Below are positions 1-11,330 of a DNA stretch of 64,000 bases, one piece after another. Made by a program: the position numbers and the translations under genes. Every line of letters starts with the position of its first letter. Position 1 is the stretch's first letter. The DNA is from Octopus vulgaris (taxonomy: Eukaryota): NCBI GenBank assembly GCA_951406725.2, contig OX597821.1, positions 52,080,001-52,144,000 on the forward strand, given 5' to 3'. Below the pieces are notes generated by a model. The model worked only from the letters and a program-made list of their open reading frames with translations, ran no database searches and was not told the origin of the DNA.

Positions 1-1
1 G

Positions 2-166
2 TGGGGCGCAGTTGAGCGAGAGACCAACAAATCTTGTAACACCAAATATGAACTGAAGGCAAGGGCTATTCTCCAACTTAAACAAGGTGACCGTCCAGAA
101 GAGTTGCAAGAGATTGTGAAGTCGTCTGAAGGCGTGGTTGAGGCCAGTGGCGATTTTATTGACTAA
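2..166 (+). mobile_element. C-terminal fragment of a Tc1/mariner (maT/DD37D-like) transposase
   Basis: Frame 2 reads WGAVERETNKSCNTKYELKAR...EGVVEASGDFID*, matching the C-terminus of the copies at 17.7-18.5 kb and 51.3-52.2 kb (WGAVEEDTNHFACNTKTELM...VLEVGGGYF). Confidence 0.7.
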
Positions 167-283
167 ATTTACTCTTTATTATTTCAAGATATTTTTATAT
201 AATTTTGGTAAAAATGTTAAAATGAGATGTGAGTCTTATTTTCATATTTGCGTAATTGAGACGACAGTTTATTCATCGCACTC

Positions 284-319
<36 letters not shown>

Positions 320-320
<1 letters not shown>

Positions 321-695
321 CTCTATATATAAACCGCAGTTTGTCTGTGCGTGTTTCTGTGCGTCTGTTTGCTTGTACCCTCACCCTGACCACGGCTTTC
401 AACCGATTCTGATGAAACTTGACACACACATAGCCCAATGTCATAATTCAAAACTAACGCAGCGAAAATTTTGAAAAGTTCCCCCAGTTCTGAAAAAAAT
501 CGATAAATTCGACATGGGGTCGAGAATCAGAAACACAAACCGCAAACTAGGGGACGCAACTCCACCTTTTTAACTAAAAAAAAAATTTACCATCATTTTT
601 TTCCATTTTTTTGCTATTTTTTGGCTATAACTCTCTAAAAATGCTTTATAGTTATTTCCCTTACAAACCTGAGCAACGCCGGGCGATACTGCTAG
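320..695 (+). mobile_element. Non-autonomous Helitron
   Basis: Starts A^TC (TCTCTATATATAAA), has a subterminal GC-rich hairpin CCTGAGCAACGCCGGG and ends CTAG^T. No TSD; inserted in (AT)n. Confidence 0.8.
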
Positions 696-1235
696 TATAT
701 ATATATATATATGAGTATATACCCAAACACACACTGACATATATATATGTTCATCTATGTATACAGGTACACATAAAAATGTACATGCATAAATGTATAC
801 ATGCAAATACATAATATTTATATTACATACATATAAGAGGGGATTGACCACTACGTGGACATCCATATGCTAGAAGTAGATCCGCTATGGTCTTACCACT
901 AAGAAATATATATTGTAAATATATATATATATATATATACGCACTTGTAACCCGCCCCCATACATCCAAATACACACATATCTACAAATATATAAGTACA
1001 TACACAGGCGTAGATAAACTTCGATACGCACACAACCGTACATACCTGTGTGCAGAAAGCGTACAATGGAGTAATTTATTTTTCAGATTGTATTCTTACT
1101 TAATTAAAGATCTTTGTTCTCTCTGTTATATTTATCACGAAACGGCAGGATGTTAGTTTCTATTATAAAAGTTAATTGAAACTTGACATGCGCATGTACT
1201 AGCACACTATACGCTATCCCTTGCATGTCTATAGA

Positions 1236-1266
<31 letters not shown>

Positions 1267-1271
1267 CATAC

Positions 1272-1310
<39 letters not shown>

Positions 1311-1314
<4 letters not shown>

Positions 1315-1409
1315 ATGTATCTGTGTGTATGTGCACGCGTGTGTACATATACATACATATATATATATATACATGACTGTACTATATATATATATATACA
1401 TATATATAA

Positions 1410-1440
<31 letters not shown>

Positions 1441-1471
1441 CACACATAGACAGACACATACACATACAGAC

Positions 1472-1504
<33 letters not shown>

Positions 1505-1644
1505 GTATCTGTGTGTATGTACGCGCGTGTGTACATATACATACATATATATATATATATACATGACTATACTATATATATATATACATATATATAAACA
1601 CATATATATATATATACACACATAGACAGACACATACACATACA

Positions 1645-1648
<4 letters not shown>
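1311..1648. repeat. Tandem duplication of a ~190-bp compound microsatellite unit
   Basis: TAATGTATCTGTGTGTATG...ACATGACT.TACTATA...CACACATAGACAGACACATACACATACAGAC occurs at ~1311-1471 and again at ~1501-1648. Confidence 0.75.
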
Positions 1649-1678
<30 letters not shown>

Positions 1679-2040
1679 AGTGTGTATGTGTGTGAATGCG
1701 TGTGAATGTATGTCTATATATGTGTGTGTGTATGTGTAGCTATATATGTGTGTGTTGTCTGTGAGTGTGTGTATATGCGTATCTATATGTGTCTATGCAT
1801 ATGCATGTACGTTTATGTGCGTGTCTGTATACGTGTGTGTGTATGTATAAGAATCGAAGTATGTAGATATATTCGTGAAGTATATATACCGTTTATACGG
1901 TCATTGTTCACATAATACATGTTATATATACATACATGCATAAACATGCAGGAACATTCATATACATACATCGCACACTCAAGTAACCCCCTCCTACAGA
2001 CGCATACACACACACATTTACATTAAACATACGCAATTTT

Positions 2041-2080
<40 letters not shown>

Positions 2081-2451
2081 TGTTCAAAATTCCACCACTT
2101 AGCCATTACCATACATTCTCTCCAAAGACACACTCGTCATAACCTCTATAAATGGTAATGCCACTTAAATGCGTATCACTAAAATATAGCTGACGTAATA
2201 GAACTGAAGGAGAATATGACATTCGATTTAAATAAATATACATACATGTATGTGTATATATTTATGTACCCTCGCTCACATACACACAACACACATGTAG
2301 ACACAAACGCACACACACACACACGCACCTTATATATAGCGGAAGTAGTAAGACGTCACTCTTGCACTTAATTCTGGGTGCGATGTTCCTTCTAGGGAAA
2401 CAGCTATAAGCTAATGAGAGTGATTACGTTATTCCTGTTCTTTTGTCATTA

Positions 2452-2519
<68 letters not shown>

Positions 2520-3086
2520 GCAGACACATGCTCATACGCATTTCTAGGAGAAGGCACACATACACACACATGCACACACATGCACAGACGCAAACGCACA
2601 CATACACTGATAGACACACTCAAATACAGACACTCGTTTGTATGTGTTTATCAAAAGAATCAGTGAAGTGTTTCGGTGTCTGACACCGCACATATAAATT
2701 TCTGATACTACTATCTAGCTATCAAATAACTTGATCTGAGACGTTTTAAACACACATAACCATAGGCATACAAAAAAAAACAAAACAAAAAAAAAAAACA
2801 CATACACATACACAAATACAAACATACACACTTTTATTTTGGGCAGAAGAAATCCAAATAGATTGATTCTAAAAGTTTCTACTTGTGGTTGATATGTTTT
2901 ATCAGTTGAACGTTCCGATTCCAACTTGTTTACTTGATAAATCAGATGCGAAAGAGTAGGGAAAGTATGGAGCTTCAATCCATATGACCTCAGTTAAATA
3001 TTTCTTGAAATTAGCTATTGATTTAATTTTTCGCTATAAAACTCAACCGACTCTTGTATAATCAGAGGCAGCTAAATCCTATATAT

Positions 3087-3113
3087 GTAGAAGGTTGAAA
3101 AGGAACACACGAG

Positions 3114-3164
<51 letters not shown>

Positions 3165-3343
3165 GGAAAAAAGTCAAGGTAGAAAATGCTAAAGTAATTT
3201 TATAAAAAAAACATTTCAGTACCGGTTTCGGTCATTGAAACTTTTTCAACTGTAAGTATGGAAAACAATTAGATTTTGGAAAAATTGAATGAAAAGTATT
3301 TTAAAAGAATATTTGCATAGTAATCAAATACAAGGGGCATTTT

Positions 3344-3347
<4 letters not shown>
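3087..3347 (-). mobile_element. Dispersed repeat, putative PLE terminus, copy 1; carries a U3-A8 hammerhead-like motif
   Basis: Clearly homologous to 14215-14448 (GTAGA.GGTTGAAAAGGAACACA...AGTACCGGTTTC...CTTTTTCAACT...TCAAATACAA). PLE origin is inferred from the minimal hammerhead. Confidence 0.6.
3217..3252 (-). ncRNA. Minimal type I hammerhead-like motif, U3-A8 core variant
   Basis: Minus strand: CAG-UUGAAAA-AGUU UCAAU GACC-GAAAC CG GUA-CUG. Stem I is CAG/CUG, stem III is the palindrome ACCGGU and the cleavage triplet is GUA. Stem II is partly decayed. Confidence 0.55.
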
Positions 3348-3380
<33 letters not shown>

Positions 3381-3382
3381 CA

Positions 3383-3523
3383 TGACGGGTTTCTTTGAGT
3401 TTCCCTCTATCAAATTTACTCACAAGGCTTTGGTTGGTTCGAGGCTATAGTAGAAGATACATGGTTTAGCTACTACGTAGTAGGACTTAACCCGGAACCA
3501 TGTGGTTAGGTAGCAAGCTTCTT
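3383..3523 (-). mobile_element. tRNA-derived SINE family A, 5' fragment
   Basis: Matches the 5' half of the full copies at 20033-20517 and 21477-21879. Confidence 0.75.
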
Positions 3524-3625
3524 ATTTATGTATGTAAGCATGTATGTACGTGTAAACACACACTCACACACACACATATATATATTACGGAGATGTTCTT
3601 GAATAGCAAGTGTGCTGAAACAAAA

Positions 3626-3870
3626 ACAATTGCACTTTAGAAGGTGTTTATAAGCCATTTAAAGCACACACAAAATCGTTAGATTCACTTCAACGTTCAA
3701 ACTTAAATTGTGAAAAAATTTAGTGATGCATCACGAAATTTTTTCAGTGAACAGGTCGCGGTTTCAAAGTGAAGAAAATATTTTGACAATTTAAATTTAA
3801 ATGCTGATGTGAACCTAACGATTTTGTGTGTTTTTAAAAGGCTTATAAACACCTTCCACGTTGCAATTGT
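3626..3870. repeat. Fold-back (palindromic) element built from a putative PLE terminus
   Basis: The left arm ACAATTGCAC..AGAAGGTGTTTATAAGCC..CAAAATCGTTAG.TTCAC is the reverse complement of the right arm. The symmetry axis is in GTGATG|CATCAC (3723-3734). A related single-arm copy lies at 13241-13332. Confidence 0.8.
3744..3786 (+). ncRNA. Minimal type I hammerhead-like motif, G3-C8 core variant
   Basis: UCA-GUGAACA-G-GUCGC GGUUUCAAA GUGAA-GAAA-AUAUUU-UGA. Stem I is UCA/UGA and stem III is the palindrome AAUAUU. The same core occurs in the copy at 13271-13317. Confidence 0.5.
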
Positions 3871-3873
3871 ACA

Positions 3874-3913
<40 letters not shown>

Positions 3914-6314
3914 CTGTCTATCTATCTGTCTATCTGCCTATGTATGTATGAATGTATGTATGTATCTATCTACCTACCTACCTGCATACCTCTCTCTCTC
4001 TCTATCAGTCTGTCTGTCTGTCTGGATGTATGTAAGTGTGCGTAAGAGGTGAATTGATAAAGTTGCTAGAGCACTAGATACAACATCTCGCGATATTTGA
4101 TCCGGCTATCTGCATTGCCGATGTTGGCATTGACTTTCAGAGTTGATAAAAATCCATCAATCTAAGCAAGGATTGACCGAACTGAGCGAGTGTCGGACGA
4201 GATTCCTTGCTGTATCTGTACCAGTAGTTTGTGCTCTGAAATCTGTATGAATTAGCCCGGTGTAGAAAAACTTACGTATTTAGGCAACTGCTTGCCCAGG
4301 TCCGCTCTTTGGAAAGGAGTTTTCCTGTGTACAAACCTATAGTTTGTAGACTGGAAGGGTCATATATGTATGTATGCATATAGTGGACCCTCCTGTCCTA
4401 TATCCCTCTGCAGTAGTCGGTAAGTTTGCTTATGGATACATTACTTCAGAGACTCAGGCGCCAGGACTTAACACAAGAAGGTTCTGGTGTCATCTCTAAT
4501 GGTTGAACCACTCAGTCGGTGAATTAACTTGTCTTCTATTACCAGATGACCAGTACCAGTTTGACGATGATGAGGCAGCAAATATGGAGAGGAAAAGGTG
4601 ATGGGTGGCATATCTTCCTCGTTTATATTTTATCTAGTTGCAAATATTGCGGCTGGTTCTGCTTCCTATTTCTTCAAGATCTGTAATATATCTTTTAAGT
4701 AGAATTGAAACTGCATCGTCATCAACGACGCTTGTATGAAGTTGTGGCAATTGATCACGGAGCCCTATAATTAATTAATTAAAGTTGATCAAAATTTGGT
4801 CCTCCTGATCTTAATTCAGACATGCTGTGTCTAGAACCACTTTCTCTCAAGTGAATTTTCTTTTCAAAACGAAAAAATGTTATTCAAGGAGATCAGCCAA
4901 AATTGTGAGCCTTCGCTATGATTCCAACTCCAACATTTTCAGTGATATAACATAGTTGAGTCTGAAGAATCACAAGAGTGTATCCAGTGACGTCTAATAG
5001 TACCAGAACCTATCATAATTTATCATAGAACTATCAAGCATTAGAAAAATTATTCATCCACCGTATTATATTCTAAATTAATTTTAATTGACTTAAGTTA
5101 AGAGAAAAGTGCTTTTAGTGGGATGATATCTCCTATTTGGTGGTGCTTCCCCTAGTTTGTTAGATATATTGAGTCTTAAGAGTGATCCTTCAAGAATAAA
5201 CAGTTTATCCACTTATCTTTGCAAAACTTGCTAACATTTGTTTAGTCAATCGATTTGTTCTTCGTAGTTCAATCCAGAAATAACTTCTGATATTTCCATA
5301 AACAACATTCTGATAAATTCCTGATGCGTTATACCAATGGGTGCTATGTTATCTTTGACTCTCTACCGATTTAGTTAATCTAGAGTTTGTAAGTTGTAAC
5401 TACAGAGATGTCTGAAGCCATTTCACTCTTGAGAGAAATATATCGTTGAATATATCGATCCTAGAACAATGAAATGCAAGACTGACTACGATGGAATTTG
5501 AACTCAAAATGTAAAATCCCTTAACTAAATACTACAAGGAATCTAATGATTTTGCTACGATATTAATAAGGCTGAAGGAACAAGTTATCTGGGAAGCAAA
5601 GTATTCATTGTTTTATAGCCATCACTCTTGGCATTCTTTTTCAAAGGAAAATAGCCCACATCATTTGTAGGAAGGTTTAGAATTTCAAGAAATTTCAAGA
5701 AACAACATAAAAATTCGGTATAACTCATACTTGTAAATTGGTAAGCACGATTTTATGTGGAAGATAAGGAAAAAAAAAGAAATGTTTTCTTTGAGGATCA
5801 AGACCATAATTTTTGATAGTTTGATGAAACAGAACTAAAAGAAAAATTACAAAAAAATACGCGTAAAAAGAAAAAAAAATCACTTGCGGTTTGATGTTGT
5901 GCATATCAAATCGATGGAACTGGTCTCATTGGAACAAATGAATAATGTGTTACTTGATTTTCCGAATATAAATCAGACTGTTCTGTCCATTTATTAAAGA
6001 AACCAGACCTTTCTCCAAGGGGAATAAAAAAGGTATCGGAACAGCTGTTTTTCATCTTTCTGCAAAATCACTAATTACATCGTTTCTATTAAATTGCGTC
6101 AGTATGTCCTTGTTTTTTAAAAATTTCCCATTTCACTTTCTTCTTCTGTATACATGAAAACTATGAAAGGAATTTTATGTCAGCAACACATATTTCTAAA
6201 ATGTTTTAGCTTTATTCCTCTTCTTTAGAGTCTACCACATGCTATTTAATTTCCGTGGTAGAGAATTCGATTAACTTGATATCAATCAAGTGGGGAACAA
6301 TTGAGAGAGAGACT

Positions 6315-6490
6315 ATGCTAGAAGTAGCTGTCAAAACTCTCTCAATTCATATCTTACCGTCTTAAAACAGAATCTGTGTATAGAATGTAATCATAGATAT
6401 ATAAAAAAAAGATAAATAAGTCACGGTTGGTAGCCTTAGGTTAACTTGATTTGAGCTGACCAGGAGTCAAACTACAGCAACAACAACAAT
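6315..6490 (+). repeat. Old dispersed repeat family D, ending in a (CAA)n-like tail
   Basis: GCTAGAA.TAGC.GCCAAA...GTCTTAAAA...GGTCACGG.TGG...GCTGACC.GG..AAACAACAAC recurs in decayed form near 8905, 12950, 20560(-), 30660, 43395(-), 44900(-), 49370, 49555 and 52290. Confidence 0.6.
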
Positions 6491-6589
6491 AGGCTAAATA
6501 TCGATTACTAACTTCAGAAGATATAGCCTAAAATCAATACTTAATTGAATCAGAGGGAACGAAAGACGTCTCTTCCAATAATATTTGAA

Positions 6590-6780
6590 CTCAGAATAGC
6601 GTTGTTTCGAAATGCTAAAATATCCAATCAGACTTTCAACTACCTTGGTCACATATTTAGCGAACAATAGGCAACCCGTTCTCCAAGAGTATAACAAAGT
6701 TATTGTGAACAATCCAACATTCCGGTTCAGATTCTCAGTTGGAGTTATTTCAATTTACTTGAATCGATAATGGAATTGAA
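6590..6780 (+). pseudogene. Highly degraded Gypsy-like RT/RNase H fragment
   Basis: TTCAACTACCTTGGTCACATATTTAGCGAA reads FNYLGHIFSE, resembling the Gypsy YLGH motif. The surrounding sequence is full of stops. Confidence 0.3.
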
Positions 6781-7967
6781 AATGCATGAAACTCAATACT
6801 TAGAATTTATTGTTTCCTAAAATTATAGGCTTTGAATCCAGAACAAGTTGGTATTGTCAGCTACAAGCTAAACTGATCCGGTTTCAAATTAAATTCTCAA
6901 ACATATTGATTTATTTTGTTTATGCAATCGATAAATTAACAGGTATTTACTTATCAATATATCTCTATATCCAGTGCGCTGAGTTCAACTGAACATTATC
7001 GATTTACCTTCGAAATAGTGACGTTCTTATCAGTGTTACCAATAATGTACCTAGTTCCACAGCTTCCAATAGCCACTCACTTCTTACACTCTCTCAGATC
7101 GTGGCAAATGAAATGGTGAAGCGACGGAGATTTTATTTTTAAGAGGTGATAGTTACTTTCGTGAAAAACTATTCTTACGTTAGTTCTTACGTAATATATC
7201 AGAAACCTGATGTTACATGTTGGTTTACTGAAATGACTTGAAAACAAAACTCTCAAACTTTTCTGTAACTGTCTAGCAATTTGTAATTTTATGCTCTGTT
7301 TTCAAATCCTGTAGCTGCCAATTTTGTCTTCAAATTTTTTTCGGAGTCGAAAATAAAGTAGCGGTTAAGTACTTTACATCATCAACATCATCGTCTCTTC
7401 CCTTCCCGTAACCCTCTGACATCGTACTTGTGTTAGAAATACAAAGGTGGCAAATTGTTAGAATCGGCGGAGCGTCAAAATGCCTTGTGATATTTTTCCC
7501 GTCTCTTTACCTTTTTTGAGTTCAAATTTCATCTTAGCATTTCATCAATCTGAGACCGAAAAAAATAAATTACCTGTCAAGTACTAAGGTTGATATAATC
7601 GGCTGCTCTGTTCTTAAAAAGTTCTGTCTTCTTAACAATAAAAAAGCGTAGCATAACGGGAAACCCGACTGAGAACACACGCACACAAATGGAGGTAAAA
7701 GCGCGCACACATACATAATCAAGCAGAAATGTGGCGAATACTAATCGAATTCCATTGCTCAAAATTGTTCTGTGAAACCATTCCTTTCCGTAGATATGAA
7801 ACATTTGGACTGAAGGACAAATTTATGGCTACACTTTGTTCAAAGGAAGCATGTCAGTTTGCCTTAAGTTATCGAAGAAAGAATTAGAAACAGCTATTGC
7901 AGACATGTTGATTGAAATCTCCTTGCTTAAACGAAGGAGAGAGCGTATGACACCACAGGTGCCATAT

Positions 7968-8178
7968 TTTCTTTCTACTATAGGCACAAGGCCTGAAATT
8001 TTTGGAGCGGGAAGAAATCAATTACATTAACCCCAGTGCTCAACTGGTACTTGTTTTATCGACTCCGAAAATAAAAAAAAAGCCTCAGCGGAAACTAAAG
8101 TAGGAATGTACAGAACCTGAAGAAATACAGCTAAGCATTTAATCCAGCGTGCTAACGGTCCCGCAAATTCATCGCCTT
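7968..8178 (-). mobile_element. SINE family C, diverged copy
   Basis: Reverse complement resembles AAGGCG..GA..TG...GA..CGTTAGCACGC...AAATGCTTAGC...GTCGATAAA..AGTACCAGTTGAG. Confidence 0.65.
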
Positions 8179-10793
8179 CGTAGAGGCGGTTTATAATAGC
8201 CTACCCTTTTCAAGCGGCGATAGCTACTTTTGCGAAGAACTATTCTTACGTTAGTTCTCACATGAAATATCAGGAACCTGATGTTACATGTTATTTTTCT
8301 GATAGTAAAATAACTTGGAAATAAAGTCTTCTGGTTCCAAATTCTATTGGATCCAATTTTGTCTTTTAATTTTATTTTTCAGGATGGATAAAATAAAGTA
8401 GAAAACGAGATGAAAGCAGAAATCCAAATATTACAACGCTCACCTGTCCATAAACTAGTTTCACAGTATACTTGAAGAAAAAGTTCAAGGTACACTATCA
8501 AAAATCTTAACGTCAGCCAATGTTTCGCGATCACCTTCGTGGTATAAAATGGACAGATGGCCAGTGATAATGCAACTTTCGAGGATATATGGTCGAAATA
8601 GAAGGGGATCACTATGGACATACAAGTCCCCATGACACTGCAACATCAAAAAACAATCGAAACTAACTTCTTTTAGTCACAAAACGACTAGTTTCTGGTC
8701 ACACTAATTCTACTTAACCTTAATTAACCAGTTGCTAATCATGGTAAATCCTATTTAACCCCATCAGAAAGATTTTCTACCTTGATACTATTAAATTCCA
8801 TGAGGTTCAGATTCTAACCAAACTAAGTCTATTTACTCCAACGAACGTCAATTTGTAACCACTGCGATACTATTTTCCATAGGTAAAAATCATATCTATG
8901 ACGAGTTACCTGACCTGTTAAGGCAGCAGCAGTAGTTCAATGTAGTGAGTGTAGGACATGAATTTTGAGAGCCGGAACCATCTCTTGAATGTAAAGATAA
9001 AATGGTTGGGCGGACAAAGCTTTGAGCAGCCAATTTCCAGTTTATGATACAAAATCAGTTGTTGGTGTTCCATTCAGTTTCTAGACAAATTCATTGTTAT
9101 TTCCTCCTTTCATTTCATTGTCAATTATAAATGGAGTTGGATAAATTACTTATGGGAGAGACTGACTTCCTGGTTAAGATTAGCTTCGTCTTCCATTAAC
9201 TGTTTATTGCCTCAAGTTCTAAAACAGTTTTGTCGTTTTTAATTTGCTCATTACATAGTAGCGTTAGCTTGACTTGACTACAGTTTTTCAGACAGATTGA
9301 GTCTGAGTGGATTCTCTTACTAATGTTTCTTAAAAATCTCTTCGAAATTAGAAGGCATTTGCGTTATATTGTGTTTACTTATGATCAGATGAAGATGGTG
9401 CATTTGCTAATTAAGGTGGTAAATTGACACTCGTCCACTATAGTGCCCATTTACACTAGATTGAGTTCCTGTTAGGCAAACTTTAAAAGTATATAAATGG
9501 ATTGACGTGATCAGTATTAAATGTCTTCATCACAGTCGGAGTTAAATGCAGGATCAGTAATGAAGATCGAACTATTGTCTCTACCTGTTATATATATGGG
9601 TCTCTTTAGTTAGAATATCATTTAACCTTAATTCATTAGCTCACACTCACACAATATCACATAATAGCTTTATTCATTTACTAATCAGCTCTGGCAATTA
9701 TAATTCGAAGCGTGTGTGTGTGTGTGTGTCTCTTTCGTATTTGGCCCATCTCCAATATTTTCAATCGTTGCTTTAACAAATATTAAACTTTTCGCTCCGG
9801 CTTCAGAAGTTATTGAAACTTCTGGCAACTACTCATAATGTTTGCAGAAATGCCAAGACATATATTTGGGATGAGGTATATTACATTTCTTAAGATTAAC
9901 TCCAAGAAAACCAAAGTTCTTAACATCGAAGTACTACGTCAAAGTGGCACCATCTTATATCTCAATAGCAGCAGTAATCGATGCAGTGAAATTCACTCTC
10001 TAAACCAATTAATCAACCACAGAAATTAATAGAACAAATTAAGAAACTTTCAATTATCTTGAAGATTTAAAAGGTAAATGGTGACCGATGTACTTTTATA
10101 CGACATCTCATTAAACGATTAATGAAAACTTCTTGAAATTTATCTACGGTGGAAATGTCTCGTCTAATCAACAATGTATTTCAAAGGCAATCATTTAAAT
10201 TACCGTTTTGGTTTAAAACATTTGGCCTTTAATGAAGACAAAGTGTAAATGCTAATAGACAATACTAGAAATAACCTGATAGACTCGTCTGGTCAATAAT
10301 TTAGTTCTACATTCGGAAGCATTTATCAATATTAAAGTGTTTTCTTTGGGAATGATTCATTCAGCTAAATTCTTCATAGAACCACTGTAAAATGGTCAGA
10401 TATTTATTACTGATTGCTGCTGGTGGTGGGTGGGGGGACGGAATCTAGTTTAAGGATGCATCTTTATCGTAGTCATTGTTGTTTAGCATCACAGCTCTGA
10501 TCCAACCGTGACCATTTCAAATGATAATAAACCAAAGAGGGTGCCTTGACCGCATTTGTGTACCCGTACATGTTTTTGTATAAAGCATTTTATATAATAT
10601 GCGAGGATCTTGTGGCCTCTCAAAGAAAAGATTCGGAATATAAAAATCTTTGCGTATTTCTTCTGGCTCTTCACATTCTAAGTTCAAATCCCGCCGCGGT
10701 CAACATCGATCTGGGTTCGTTTAAATGAAGTATTAGTCAAGTATTGACACACTCTATACTCTCTAAATTGCTGGGATTATCCGAGAGTCAGAA

Positions 10794-10794
<1 letters not shown>

Positions 10795-10863
<69 letters not shown>

Positions 10864-10880
10864 TTATTTTTATTATTATT
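10795..10880. repeat. (ATT)n microsatellite
   Basis: Direct trinucleotide run; explains the poly-Leu ORF. Confidence 0.95.
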
Positions 10881-11030
10881 TTACGTTCTGAGTTCAAGTT
10901 CGGCCGAGGTCGGCTTCACATTTTACCCTTTCGGGGTCGATAAACTAAGTACCAGTCAAAAACTGGGGTCGATGCGATCAATTATCCCTCTCCTCTCAAT
11001 TCCAGGCCTTGTGCCTATAGTAGAAAGGAT
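10881..11030 (+). mobile_element. SINE family C, 5'-truncated
   Basis: TACGTTCTGAGTTCAAGTTCGGCCGAGGTCG...CCTTTCGGGGTCGATAAA...GTGCCTATAGTAGAAAGGATT, flanked by (ATT)n. Confidence 0.8.
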
Positions 11031-11041
11031 TATTATTATTA

Positions 11042-11330
11042 TCCTATCTTCTGAGTTATATATATCACGTCTCAGCTCCATCCCGCAGCTGGAGACACAA
11101 AACTTTTCTTTAACAAGTGTTCTTCCAAGTATTACTGCCAACAAAATACTTCCTATGAAGTTTGGTATTCGTAGCTTTTGATGCCAGAATATTGCTTTCT
11201 TTGAGACTGTCCCAAGTACAACGATCATGATAAGTATCACATTCACCTTCGAGGCTCTATGGATGCAGATTTCATTCAATGATAGGTTTTGGGATTTCCC
11301 GACTTTCTCGCATTTTGGTCTGCAGGTATG
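11042..11330 (-). mobile_element. 3' fragment of an R4/Dong-like non-LTR retrotransposon (RLE C-terminus)
   Basis: Translation IVVLGTVSKKAIFWHQKLRIPNFIGSILLAVILGRT resembles the C-terminus of the 33.7-35.1 kb element (PIIVGSLGTVRK...LQKAALIGT). It ends in (TAA)n. Confidence 0.6.

Noticed and set aside
887-2623. Many 60-120 aa ORFs rich in YI/VC/HT repeats, here and throughout the window
   Set aside because: They are translations of (TA)n, (CA)n and (ATCT)n microsatellites.
4956-5008. TTGAGT-CTGAAGA-A-TCAC...GTGA...CTAATAGTA hammerhead-like relic resembling 17183-17275
   Set aside because: GAAA is missing and stem I does not pair; too decayed to call.
5230-5350. Possible PLE RT remnant (IPMGA motif)
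   Set aside because: A single short motif amid stops; insufficient evidence.
9300-10380. Possible minus-strand Gypsy RT/RNase H remnants (RLPF-, VD- and TDH-like words)
   Set aside because: The motifs are too fragmentary to support without a profile search.
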